Shown piece by piece: positions 32,634 to 41,659 of a stretch of DNA of 64,000 nucleotides (position 1 is the stretch's first letter; the number at the start of each line of letters is the position of its first letter). Source of the DNA: an uncultured Planctomycetaceae bacterium. Lineage in GTDB: Bacteria > Planctomycetota > Planctomycetia > Isosphaerales > Isosphaeraceae. The DNA is taken from the NCBI GenBank assembly GCA_963833985.1, contig CAWIAD010000001.1, forward strand, positions 2,880,001 through 2,944,000, in the 5' to 3' direction. A program made the translations under genes and the position numbers. The notes under the pieces were generated by a model. The model did not search any database. It saw only the letters and a list, made by a program, of their open reading frames with translations, and had not been told where the DNA came from.

Positions 32634-33410
32634 CCAGACCACCTGGCCAAGGATCATCGCGGCGCCGGCATCCTCAAGGTCGACCGGCACGAGGGGGTAC
32701 TCCCGGCTCTGCTGGTTGGGACGCAGGATCATGTGCCGGCCGCTGACCTCCAGCCAGCGTATGACGGGAACCCCGTCAGGGCAGGCGGCGACGATCCGGC
32801 CGTGAAGTTGCAGCGGGTCGGTCATCGACCGGTCGATGGCGGCGATGGAACCCGCCGGCAGGATCGGGTTCATGGAATCATCGGTCATGCGGACGCCGAC
32901 GGTCTGGGAGGGGTTGGGAAGCCATTGCCGGTAGGCCATGATGTATCCCTGGACCTGGGTGGGATCGATCGCGGTCTTGCTCAGCTCCGCAAGCGGAAAG
33001 AGCGCGACCGCCGCGAATTCCGAGGCCAGCGGCGACGGAAGGTTCTCCGGGGCCACAACGACCACCTCGCTGGAGGACCGCTCGAGTTTTTCGAGGCCGC
33101 GGCGAATCAGCTCGACGGGTGACAGTTCCGAGAGCATGCGTTCGTCGTGGGAATGGCGATACCTGCCTCCCTCACCAGAGATCAGGTACATGGGGTTCGC
33201 TCCGGTCTGCTCGATGAAGCCGAGCAGGACCTCGGCCGGAACGGTCACACCGGTTTCATAATTATACCAGGTTCGCGCGGGGAGATTGAGGCGGCGGGCA
33301 AGTTCCGGACCGCCGTGATCGCCGAAGAGTTCCTGGCGTATTTCTCGCAACCGGCGCGATAGCGAAGCCTTCACATTGACTCGAACTTTTGGGGTCTTCT
33401 TGCGAGCCAC
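32607..33410 (-). CDS. HTH plus S24 (LexA/CI-like) regulator
   Basis: N-terminal HTH (ELARRLNLPARTWYNYETG); C-terminal DDSMNP...ILRP...ILGQVVW. Confidence 0.75.
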   Translation of the reverse strand: MARKKTPKVRVNVKASLSRRLREIRQELFGDHGGPELARRLNLPARTWYNYETGVTVPAEVLLGFIEQTGANPMYLISGEGGRYRHSHDERMLSELSPVELIRRGLEKLERSSSEVVVVAPENLPSPLASEFAAVALFPLAELSKTAIDPTQVQGYIMAYRQWLPNPSQTVGVRMTDDSMNPILPAGSIAAIDRSMTDPLQLHGRIVAACPDGVPVIRWLEVSGRHMILRPNQQSREYPLVPVDLEDAGAAMILGQVVWSWSRFSDD

Positions 33411-33851
33411 GGCGCTCGATCCCGCAAGCGGGAACCTCCTGGGTTCAGATTACGAAAAGTCGTCTACTCTGTCCGAGGAGTTAGCCCTCATCAGGCGGAC
33501 CATGACCCCGATCCGTGGAATGGACCGCGGCCTCCGGCTCTTAATTGGCTTGATCCTCTTGATGCTCTGTGGTGCGTTTGATCAAGTTAGCATAAAGCTT
33601 GAACTACGTCACCACACACCCAGGCTGTTCTAAAAAACACCGGTAAAGCGGTGGATTTACTCAACAGTATGATGAATGCAAGCAAAGTTCAAGTACGAGC
33701 GCCATGAATAGCAAACATCCCTGCGCAGGCGCGGGCCGAACCCGCCATATCGGGTGCGCAGGCGCTGGGGCAGCCTGCCGGCGCGCCACGGCTTTCTGAG
33801 AAGCCAGGTTGCTGACGGGGGTGAAAGGTGGTCAGGAAGTGTGGCCACGAC

Positions 33852-34151
33852 TCAGAAGAAGCCCAGCTCGTCGCGTGCCTCGTCGGACATGCGTTCGGGC
33901 GACCACGGGGGAGACATGACAAGGCGGACATCGGCCTTGGTCACGCCCTCCACCTTTTCAAGGGCGGAGACGGCGTTGCGGAGGATCTCCGGACCGGCCG
34001 GGCAAGCTGGCGAGGTGAGCGTCATCTCCACCTCGACCCGGTCATCGTGGGTCTGGATGGAATAGACCAGACCGAGATCAACCACGTTGACATTGAGCTC
34101 CGGGTCCTTGACGGTCTTGAGGGCTGAAACGAGCGTCTCCTGGTCGATCAT
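33852..34151 (-). CDS. DUF59/SufT-like Fe-S assembly protein
   Basis: DPELNVNVVDLGL, TLTSPACP and PPW motifs. Confidence 0.9.
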   Translation of the reverse strand: MIDQETLVSALKTVKDPELNVNVVDLGLVYSIQTHDDRVEVEMTLTSPACPAGPEILRNAVSALEKVEGVTKADVRLVMSPPWSPERMSDEARDELGFF

Positions 34152-34244
34152 GGCACCGTACTCCTCGAAGATTGGTGGCCGCGGGGAAACGGAAGTGCGC
34201 CGGACTTGCAAGCCGCGGCCCGGCGTCTCGTTCGGGGGAAGACA

Positions 34245-34559
34245 TCACTCCTGGATCGCGACGAACACCTCGTCACCCTGGACGATGACTTCGTGAGTTG
34301 TGACCGGTTCGATGGCCGGCATGCAGAGCGCTTTGCCGGTGCGAACGTCGAACCGGGCTCCGTGACGGGGGCATTCAATCTCGCAGCCCGTGAGGTTCCC
34401 ATCGGCCAGCGGGCCGCCGTCGTGCGTGCAGACATCGTCGATGGCGTAGAGCGTCCCGGCCACATTGAACAGGGCGATGGCCCGGCCGTCCGCATCGACC
34501 AGCTTCTTCTCGCCAGGGGCCAGTTCGTTGCGGTTCGCCACTTTCACCATCACCGTCAT
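34245..34559 (-). CDS. Rieske-type ferredoxin
   Basis: CTH...CPRH Rieske ligands. Confidence 0.92.
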   Translation of the reverse strand: MTVMVKVANRNELAPGEKKLVDADGRAIALFNVAGTLYAIDDVCTHDGGPLADGNLTGCEIECPRHGARFDVRTGKALCMPAIEPVTTHEVIVQGDEVFVAIQE

Positions 34560-34653
34560 GCTCCGTCCCATCTGAAGAGCAGCCTGGTGCCCATTTTTCC
34601 GGACCCGACCAGCCGCACCCGCGGGCGCAGTCCGGCCCCCGAGCCATTCCAGC

Positions 34654-35082
34654 CTACGATTGAGCCGCGGCCGCGCGGGCGACCTCGCCCTTGATCCTGC
34701 GCAGCACGCCGGTCAACCCGCGGACCCGAAGCATGCCCAGAACTTCCTGGAGACCGCAACGGTCCACAAGGTCCGCGGGCACCTTGAAGATCTCCTCGGG
34801 AACGGCCCCGCTGAGGCCCTCGATGAGCAGCGAGACGAAACCGCGAACCGTCGGGGCCTCCACCGGCGCATCGGCATGAAGCATCACACGGTCTCCCATC
34901 ATCTCCACGAAGAGGTAGACCGGCGACTGACATTCCTCGACGCGGTGCGTGGCGTCCTTCAGCCTGGCCAGATGCTCTGGCAGAGGAGGCAGATTCCTGG
35001 CGAAGTCGATGAGCAGATCGATGCGCTCCTGACGATCGCAGTCACGCAGCTCGGCAATGATGTCGTCCAGTGCGGCCGGCAT
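34654..35082 (-). CDS. sufE: SufE family sulfur-acceptor protein
   Basis: VEECQSPV, APTVRGF and LRVRGL motifs. Confidence 0.85.
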   Translation of the reverse strand: MPAALDDIIAELRDCDRQERIDLLIDFARNLPPLPEHLARLKDATHRVEECQSPVYLFVEMMGDRVMLHADAPVEAPTVRGFVSLLIEGLSGAVPEEIFKVPADLVDRCGLQEVLGMLRVRGLTGVLRRIKGEVARAAAAQS

Positions 35083-35113
35083 GATTTCTATCCGCGACGC
35101 CGTGGCGGTCGCG

Positions 35114-35968
35114 TCAGGCTCCTCGAGCGATCGGTACCCGGACCAGGTTTCCCCATTCGGTCCACGACCCATCATAATTGCGCACGTTCGAAAAACCCAG
35201 GAGGTATGTGAGAACAAACCAGGTCAGGCTCGAGCGTTCGCCGATCCGGCAATAGGCCACCACATCGTCGTCGGGCTTCAGGCCCATCTCGTCGCTGTAG
35301 AGCGCCAGCAGCTCCTCGGACGATTTGAAGGTCCCGTCGTCGTTGACCGCCCGCGCCCATGGAACATTCTTGGCCCCGGGGATATGGCCCCCGCGAAGCG
35401 AGCCCTCCTGCGGATACTCTTCCATGTGCAGCAGCTCGCCGGTGAACTCCTTGGGGCTGCGCACGTCGATGAGCGGCTTGCCGGCCTTGATATGGGCCAG
35501 CACCTCATCGCGGAAGGCCCGGATGCGGGCCTCGTCAATACGGCCCACCTGGTACTTCGTCGCGGGGTACCGCGCGGGCTCCGTCGTGACCGGCCGGCCC
35601 TGGTCGATCCACAGCTTCCGGCCCCCGTTCATCACCCTGCAATCCTTGTGGCCGAACATCGTGAACGCCCAGAAGGCGTAACAGGCCCACCAGTTCGACT
35701 TGTCTCCATAGAACACGACCGTCGTGTCGCCGGCGATCCCGTTCCTCGCGCACAGCTCGGCAAAACGCTCGGGGTTGATGTAGTCGCGGATGATCTGGTC
35801 CTGGAGGTCCCCCTGCCAGTCGATCCGGACGGCGCCGGGAATGTGTCCCACGTCGTAAAGCAGCAGGTCCTCGTCACTCTCCACGATCCGCACCTGGGGA
35901 TCGTTCAGATGCTGCTCAACCCAGTCAACCGAGACCAGCGCCTCCGGATGAGCATAATCCCTGGACAT
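35114..35968 (-). CDS. Two-domain rhodanese/thiosulfate sulfurtransferase (SseA-like)
   Basis: GHIPGA twice, YCRIGERSS and YDGSWTEW motifs. Confidence 0.92.
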   Translation of the reverse strand: MSRDYAHPEALVSVDWVEQHLNDPQVRIVESDEDLLLYDVGHIPGAVRIDWQGDLQDQIIRDYINPERFAELCARNGIAGDTTVVFYGDKSNWWACYAFWAFTMFGHKDCRVMNGGRKLWIDQGRPVTTEPARYPATKYQVGRIDEARIRAFRDEVLAHIKAGKPLIDVRSPKEFTGELLHMEEYPQEGSLRGGHIPGAKNVPWARAVNDDGTFKSSEELLALYSDEMGLKPDDDVVAYCRIGERSSLTWFVLTYLLGFSNVRNYDGSWTEWGNLVRVPIARGA

Positions 35969-36028
35969 GGCCAAACTCCCGAATAAGGAAAGCAGATTCA
36001 TCTGCCCATGCAGTGTGCGATCGTTGCG

Positions 36029-37363
36029 TCAGCGCGAGCCTTCCAGCTTTTCCGCCACTGCTTGACGCAGGGTTTCCTGAACAGGTTCGAGAGTGATCCG
36101 GTCGTACACGTTGGCGAAGAAGCCCTCGACAATCAAGCGTATGGCCATCTTGCGGGGAATACCCCGCGCCTGCGCGGCGAAGATCATCTCCTCGTCCACC
36201 CTGCCGGCCGTGGCGCCGTGGGTGCAGCGCACGTCGTTGGCCTCGATCTCCAGTCCGGGAATCGAATCGGCCCGGGAGGTATCCGAGAGCATGAGGTTGT
36301 CATTCTTCTGGTAGGCGTCGGTGCGCTGGGCGTCCTTCTCAACCCGGATCATCCCCTTCCACACAATCCGCGAGCGATCCTTCAGCCCGCACTTGTACAG
36401 CAGGTCGCTGGTGGTGTGCGGGGCCTGATGGTCCTGGCGCGTGAAGTAGGCGAGGTGTGCCCGGCCGGTGGTAAACATCACGCCATTCACCTGCGCGTTG
36501 GCTCCCTGACCGGCCAGCACCACTTCCTGGTTCACCTTGGCCAGCCGCGAACCCAGGCCGCCGACGGTCCATTGCAGATCGGCGTCGCGGCCGACGATGG
36601 CCCGCTCGCGGCTGAAGTGCCAGGTTGAGGAGTCCCAGTTCTGAATGTTCACGAGGCGGAACCGCGAGCCCTCGCCCTGGATGACCTCCAGAGCGCCGAC
36701 GTGCAGCCCGGGAGCCTCGCCGCGACCACTGGAAGCCGTCTCGCGAACGAGGGTCGCCTCCGCCCCCTCCTCGAGCACCACCAGTGTGTGGCTGAAATCG
36801 ATGCGCCCTTCCTGAACGAGCCCCACCAGGCTGAACAGCGGTGCCGCGACCTTCACTCCGCGCGGCACGTACAGCAGTATCCCGCCGGTGCAGAAAGCCG
36901 CGTGCAGCGCGGCGAAGAAGTCGTCAGCGGGCGTCACGGCCTGCGTCAGAAGATAGCGGCGCAGCAGCTCGGGCTGGTCCTTGACAGCCTGGTTCAGGTC
37001 CATGAACACGGCCCCACCGGTGCGGGCGGCGTCCGGGAGGCGGACAGCCGTCCCGTTGACGTGTTCGATGCCCGTGGCGTAATGCGCGGCCAGACTGCTC
37101 CACAAGGGATCGAGCACCGCGGCCGCGCGGGCGCTGGGCTGAACCGGATCCAGAGTTCCGAACTGGTCCAGCTTGAGTGCCCGGATGTCGGTTCGCCGCC
37201 ACTCCTCGTCGCGAGCGCCGGGCCAGGGAAACGCCTGGTATCTCTCGAACGCGACCCGCCTCCGTTCGGTCAACCACGACGGCTCGTCGCGTTCTTTGAG
37301 AAAGGCATGGAACGATTCTTCGGTGAAACCGCGAGTCCCTGTGGAGAGTTCACTCGTTGGCAT
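36029..37363 (-). CDS. sufD: Fe-S assembly protein SufD
   Basis: EEWRRTD and PGLEIEANDVRCTHGAT motifs. Confidence 0.93.
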   Translation of the reverse strand: MPTSELSTGTRGFTEESFHAFLKERDEPSWLTERRRVAFERYQAFPWPGARDEEWRRTDIRALKLDQFGTLDPVQPSARAAAVLDPLWSSLAAHYATGIEHVNGTAVRLPDAARTGGAVFMDLNQAVKDQPELLRRYLLTQAVTPADDFFAALHAAFCTGGILLYVPRGVKVAAPLFSLVGLVQEGRIDFSHTLVVLEEGAEATLVRETASSGRGEAPGLHVGALEVIQGEGSRFRLVNIQNWDSSTWHFSRERAIVGRDADLQWTVGGLGSRLAKVNQEVVLAGQGANAQVNGVMFTTGRAHLAYFTRQDHQAPHTTSDLLYKCGLKDRSRIVWKGMIRVEKDAQRTDAYQKNDNLMLSDTSRADSIPGLEIEANDVRCTHGATAGRVDEEMIFAAQARGIPRKMAIRLIVEGFFANVYDRITLEPVQETLRQAVAEKLEGSR

Positions 37364-37826
37364 TAATAAAGTGTCCCGTTTCCTTTGCTGGCGGCCCCGG
37401 CTGGCTCGCTACCTTGCCGGACATCGGGCCGACGAGCCTTATGCCTTCGCCGCCTACCTGTACGGCCCGACCACAATCTTTTCCCTGTGCCTGATCCCGC
37501 TCCACGGCATGCTCCAGGAGGGCGTGCGCGAGCTGGCCGTAGACACCCTTGGAAATGGGATCTCCGGCGCAGATCCGGGCCCTGCGGATGGAGTAGCTGG
37601 TCCCCAGCTGACGGTTACCCTCGGACACCCCGTCCACAATTTCTTGCCAGATGGCGTCACCGGCGTCGGGTGTCAATGGCTCGATTGATGACCCGTCGCC
37701 AGAAATGCGCTCGAGAACAGGCGCTGCCGTCGCGATATCCGGTGTGAATTGAATGCCAAGATAGTTGTGGTGCGGGCCCGTGATCCGCGTCACCACGTCG
37801 AGGTCACCGATGCGCGTAAACTGCAT
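37350..37826 (-). CDS. Hypothetical protein, possible immunity protein
   Basis: 158-aa ORF starting 3 bp after the upstream ORF's stop and overlapping the sufD start. Confidence 0.5.
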   Translation of the reverse strand: MQFTRIGDLDVVTRITGPHHNYLGIQFTPDIATAAPVLERISGDGSSIEPLTPDAGDAIWQEIVDGVSEGNRQLGTSYSIRRARICAGDPISKGVYGQLAHALLEHAVERDQAQGKDCGRAVQVGGEGIRLVGPMSGKVASQPGPPAKETGHFINANE

Positions 37827-37829
37827 GGC

Positions 37830-38207
37830 TCAATCCCCAGGGTACTTCGGGAAAGGAAAGCGCCGTTGAGCGGCCGCATGAGCCATTCGATAGCCTGGAC
37901 CGTGTTTTCGCATGTACCAGGCCTCTGCGGCCTCGTGGCGGAGGAATCGAAGATCTTCAGAAGAGAATGTTCCGGCCCGGAGTCGATGCCATGCCTCCGC
38001 AATTCCCTTGTCGCTGTCAAATCGCGCAACCGTGGCAGGCACTCCGAGCGATACGTAGGAATCGAGGTAATGAGATTGAAGGAAAACATGCGCCTTGATC
38101 TTCTCAATACTCCGGGGCTTCCAGCCTGTCCGTCGTGCGATCTCGTAGACATCTCCGTCGTACTGTCTGATCGCTTCATAAAGAAGGTCGGCAGGTTCCT
38201 CAAGCAT
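37830..38207 (-). CDS. Hypothetical protein, polymorphic-toxin-like His/Glu domain
   Basis: AGGAAG RBS; IKAHVF...RFDSD...AWHRL...LRHEAAE...Y..AH pattern. Confidence 0.55.
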   Translation of the reverse strand: MLEEPADLLYEAIRQYDGDVYEIARRTGWKPRSIEKIKAHVFLQSHYLDSYVSLGVPATVARFDSDKGIAEAWHRLRAGTFSSEDLRFLRHEAAEAWYMRKHGPGYRMAHAAAQRRFPFPKYPGD

Positions 38208-38296
38208 CTTCCTACACGCCGATTGCCTCTCTCAGCATAACACGACGAGGAACCGAGCCAGCACCTTGAACCAGGCGCGGTCTGGGTCAGTTCTCC

Positions 38297-39712
38297 TCAG
38301 CCCACCGATCCTTCCATCTGGAGCTGGATCAGCTTGTTCATCTCCACGGCGTACTCCATGGGCAGTTCCTTGACCAGGGGCTCGATGAAGCCGCTCACGA
38401 TCAAGGTTGACGCCTCCGCCTCGGAGAGGCCGCGGCTCTGCAAGTAGAAGAGCTGCTCCTCGCCGATCTTCGAGACGCTCGCCTCGTGGCCGATCTTCAC
38501 GTCGTCCTCGTCGATCTCGATGTAAGGGTAGGTGTCCGACCGGCTGGCCGCATCCAGGATCAACGCATCGCAGACGACGTTCGACCTCGAGCCGTGGGCT
38601 CCGTCGGCAACCTTGAGCAGGCCGCGATAACTGGCGCGGCCGCCATTCTTGCTGATGCTCTTGGAAATGATCCGCGAGCTGGTGTAGGGCGCCCCGTGGA
38701 CGACCTTGCCGCCGGCGTCCTGGTGCTGGCCCTTGCCCGCGAAGGCGATCGACAGGATCTCGCCGCGTGCACCCTTGCCCATCATGTAGACGGCGGGATA
38801 CTTCATGGTCAGCCGGCTGCCGAGGTTGCCGTCAACCCACTCCATGAGCGCATCCTCGTGGGCGACGGCGCGCTTGGTGACCAGGTTGTAAATGTTATTC
38901 GCCCAGTTCTGGATGGTCGTGTAGCGGCACCGCGCCCCCTTCTTGACGATGATCTCCACGACGGCTGAGTGCAGGCTCTCGGTGGAGTACATGGGTGCGG
39001 TACACCCCTCGACGTAGTGGATCTGGGCGCCTTCCTCGACGATGATCAGCGTCCGCTCGAACTGGCCCATGTTCTCGGCGTTGATCCGGAAGTAGGCCTG
39101 GAGCGGGATGTCGACCTTCACTCCCGCGGGAACATAGACAAACGACCCGCCGCTCCAGACTGCCGAGTTCAGTGCGGCGAACTTGTTGTCCTGGATGGGG
39201 ATGATCGTGCCGATGTATTCCTTCACCAGGTCCGGATACTCGCGCAGCGCGGTGTCGGTATCGACGAAGATCACGCCTTTCTTTTGCAGATCCTCGCGCA
39301 GGCTGTGGTAGACCACTTCCGACTCATACTGGGCACCGACGCCGGCCAGGAACTTCCGTTCAGCCTCGGGAATGCCCAGCTTGTCAAAAGTGTTCTTGAT
39401 CTCGGCGGGCACGTCGTCCCACGACTTGCCCTGCCGGTCGGCGGCTTTCATGTAATAGTGGATGTCGTCGAAGTTCAGCTCCGAGAGCACGCCGCCCCAG
39501 TTCGGCAGCGGCTTCTGCTGGAACGCTGTCAGGGCCTTGAGCCGGAATTCGCGCATCCAGGCAGGCTCGCTCTTCATCTCGGAGATCTGCTGGACGACCT
39601 CGCGGGTGAGCCCCTTGCCGCTCTTGAACGCGTAGTTCGTGTCGGTGTCGCGGAATCCGTACTTGTAATCGTCCTTGATCCCCGCCACCTGAAGATTCAG
39701 ATCGGTTGCCAT
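38297..39712 (-). CDS. sufB: Fe-S assembly protein SufB
   Basis: [22 protein letters not shown] and HEASVSKI motifs. Confidence 0.97.
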   Translation of the reverse strand: MATDLNLQVAGIKDDYKYGFRDTDTNYAFKSGKGLTREVVQQISEMKSEPAWMREFRLKALTAFQQKPLPNWGGVLSELNFDDIHYYMKAADRQGKSWDDVPAEIKNTFDKLGIPEAERKFLAGVGAQYESEVVYHSLREDLQKKGVIFVDTDTALREYPDLVKEYIGTIIPIQDNKFAALNSAVWSGGSFVYVPAGVKVDIPLQAYFRINAENMGQFERTLIIVEEGAQIHYVEGCTAPMYSTESLHSAVVEIIVKKGARCRYTTIQNWANNIYNLVTKRAVAHEDALMEWVDGNLGSRLTMKYPAVYMMGKGARGEILSIAFAGKGQHQDAGGKVVHGAPYTSSRIISKSISKNGGRASYRGLLKVADGAHGSRSNVVCDALILDAASRSDTYPYIEIDEDDVKIGHEASVSKIGEEQLFYLQSRGLSEAEASTLIVSGFIEPLVKELPMEYAVEMNKLIQLQMEGSVG

Positions 39713-39811
39713 GGTGTTCTGGTCCTCTGTGTTTGGTTCGATACGCTTCGTGCTGGCGATCGCTCGTGAGTCCGTGTGAGTGATGAAACCGCGGGTTCAG
39801 CCCGGTGCGGC

Positions 39812-40660
39812 TCAGGAGGCCGTGGCGACCCCGGCGGAGGCCTGCTGCTCCCGAGCGGCAAGCTCCATCTCTTCCTCGGTTTGTGCGGCTTCGGGATAAC
39901 GCTCGCGGACCCAGTCGTAACCCTCTTTCTCAAGTTTCTTGACCAGCTCCGGACCGCCGTTCTCGACGATCTGCCCGCCAAAGAGGATGTGGACGAACTG
40001 CGGCTTGATGTAGGTGAGGATGCGCTCGTAATGCGTGATCACCAGGACGCCCGTGCCATGCTTGCCCGCAACCCGGTTCACGCCCTCGGAAACGACGCGC
40101 ACCGCGTCGATATCCAGACCGCTGTCGGTCTCGTCGAGGATGGCGAAAGCTGGCCTGAGCATCGCGAGCTGGAGGATCTCAGCGCGTTTCTTCTCGCCCC
40201 CTGAAAAACCCTCGTTCAGATATCTGCGGGCGAACTCGTGATCCATGCCCAGCTCGTCCATCTGGTCGCGCAGCTCCTTGCGGAAGTCGCGCATCGGAAT
40301 CAGATCCTCGCCCTCCTTGCGCTCCGGGTTGCGAACGTTGGTGACCGCGTGCCGCAAGAAGTTGGCAACCGTCACTCCTGGAATGGAGGTAGGATACTGG
40401 AAGGCCAGAAAGAGCCCGAGCTTGGCGCGCTCATCGGGTTCCAGGCCCAGCAGATCCTGCCCGTCGAGCGTGACCGAGCCGCCGACGACCTCGTAGTTGG
40501 GATGCCCCATCAGGGCGTAACTGAGCGTGCTCTTGCCCGAGCCGTTGGGCCCCATGAGCGCGTGCACCTCGCCGTGGCGGATCGTCAGGTCGACCCCGCG
40601 CAGAATCTCCTTGCCCGCGATCGCCACACGCAAGTTCGCAATTCGAAGTTCCTTGGTCAT
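39812..40660 (-). CDS. sufC: Fe-S assembly ATPase SufC
   Basis: GPNGSGKST, FSGGEKKR and DETDSGLD motifs. Confidence 0.97.
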   Translation of the reverse strand: MTKELRIANLRVAIAGKEILRGVDLTIRHGEVHALMGPNGSGKSTLSYALMGHPNYEVVGGSVTLDGQDLLGLEPDERAKLGLFLAFQYPTSIPGVTVANFLRHAVTNVRNPERKEGEDLIPMRDFRKELRDQMDELGMDHEFARRYLNEGFSGGEKKRAEILQLAMLRPAFAILDETDSGLDIDAVRVVSEGVNRVAGKHGTGVLVITHYERILTYIKPQFVHILFGGQIVENGGPELVKKLEKEGYDWVRERYPEAAQTEEEMELAAREQQASAGVATAS

Positions 40661-40719
40661 CACTCAATCACCCTGAGCCGTTCGAAAAGATCAACAGGAA
40701 AGCGCGCCGATGCGTGCGA

Positions 40720-41385
40720 TCATGATGCGGAACCGGCGCACGGCTGGGCTGGCCCCAGCAGAGGAGCCGGCTTGGCCTGGAAGTCACACGAGCGGTCACC
40801 GTCCAGCCGGCACTGGCTGAGACGCAGACCGCGGCCGAGAACCTTCTCGAGCATCTTGCGCTCGAGGGCACAGATGGCCGGGTCGCTCTCGGCCAGTTCG
40901 TAGTAGGGGCAGGAATGCTGGCGCAGGATCAGGTCCGGGCCCGAGCCATCGCGTGCCACCTCGGCTTCGATCCCACGGTCGTGCAGCAGACCGCTAAGCT
41001 GAATCAGACGGCCTTCCCACTCCTGGCCGGTGATCCGCGTGCGATACAGCTCGGCAAGCCGGTCGGTAATCCGGGTGAACAACAGCCGTCTCAGCTTGCG
41101 ATCGGCGAGGCTTGCCATCATCTCTTCCCAGAGGGCAAGGGCCAGATCCGCGTAATTCTGCCCCAGCCGCTTGTGGGCTTCAACGCTGGCCTGGTAGCGG
41201 TGCCGGGGACGGCCGCGGGCGCCATGCTCGAAAGTCCGCTCCACCAGCCCCGTTGCCAGCAGCCGTGCCAGCCGGTTCCGCACCGCCGTGCCGGTGACGC
41301 AGAGATGCTTTCCCATCTCCGCCACGGTCAATGGTCCGCGGCGTCGAATGAGATCCAGCAGTTCGCGATCCGATGACTCAAACAT
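40720..41385 (-). CDS. SufR-like HTH regulator
   Basis: wHTH with RGRP; C-terminal CPY...C...C...C; heads the suf cluster. Confidence 0.75.
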   Translation of the reverse strand: MFESSDRELLDLIRRRGPLTVAEMGKHLCVTGTAVRNRLARLLATGLVERTFEHGARGRPRHRYQASVEAHKRLGQNYADLALALWEEMMASLADRKLRRLLFTRITDRLAELYRTRITGQEWEGRLIQLSGLLHDRGIEAEVARDGSGPDLILRQHSCPYYELAESDPAICALERKMLEKVLGRGLRLSQCRLDGDRSCDFQAKPAPLLGPAQPCAGSAS

Positions 41386-41659
41386 CACACGCCCGACACT
41401 CCAGAAGTCCTGGCTCGTTGCGGCAGCAGCACGGGCCATTGCGTGACACCGTGACGCCCCAATACGTTATGATTGTAAGGCTGTGTGCCAGGCGCGTCCA
41501 TGACCGCCGTCGCCCTTTTCACCTTTTTTACAAAAATAATTGTGAAAAATCAAGTGGGTCACTCCCGGAGCATCGTTCGCGGAACCGCAAGGGAAATCCC
41601 CGCACGGCGGGGACCTCGCGGGTCAGGGAGTGGCGATGCGCTCCGTGAAGGAGCCATGC

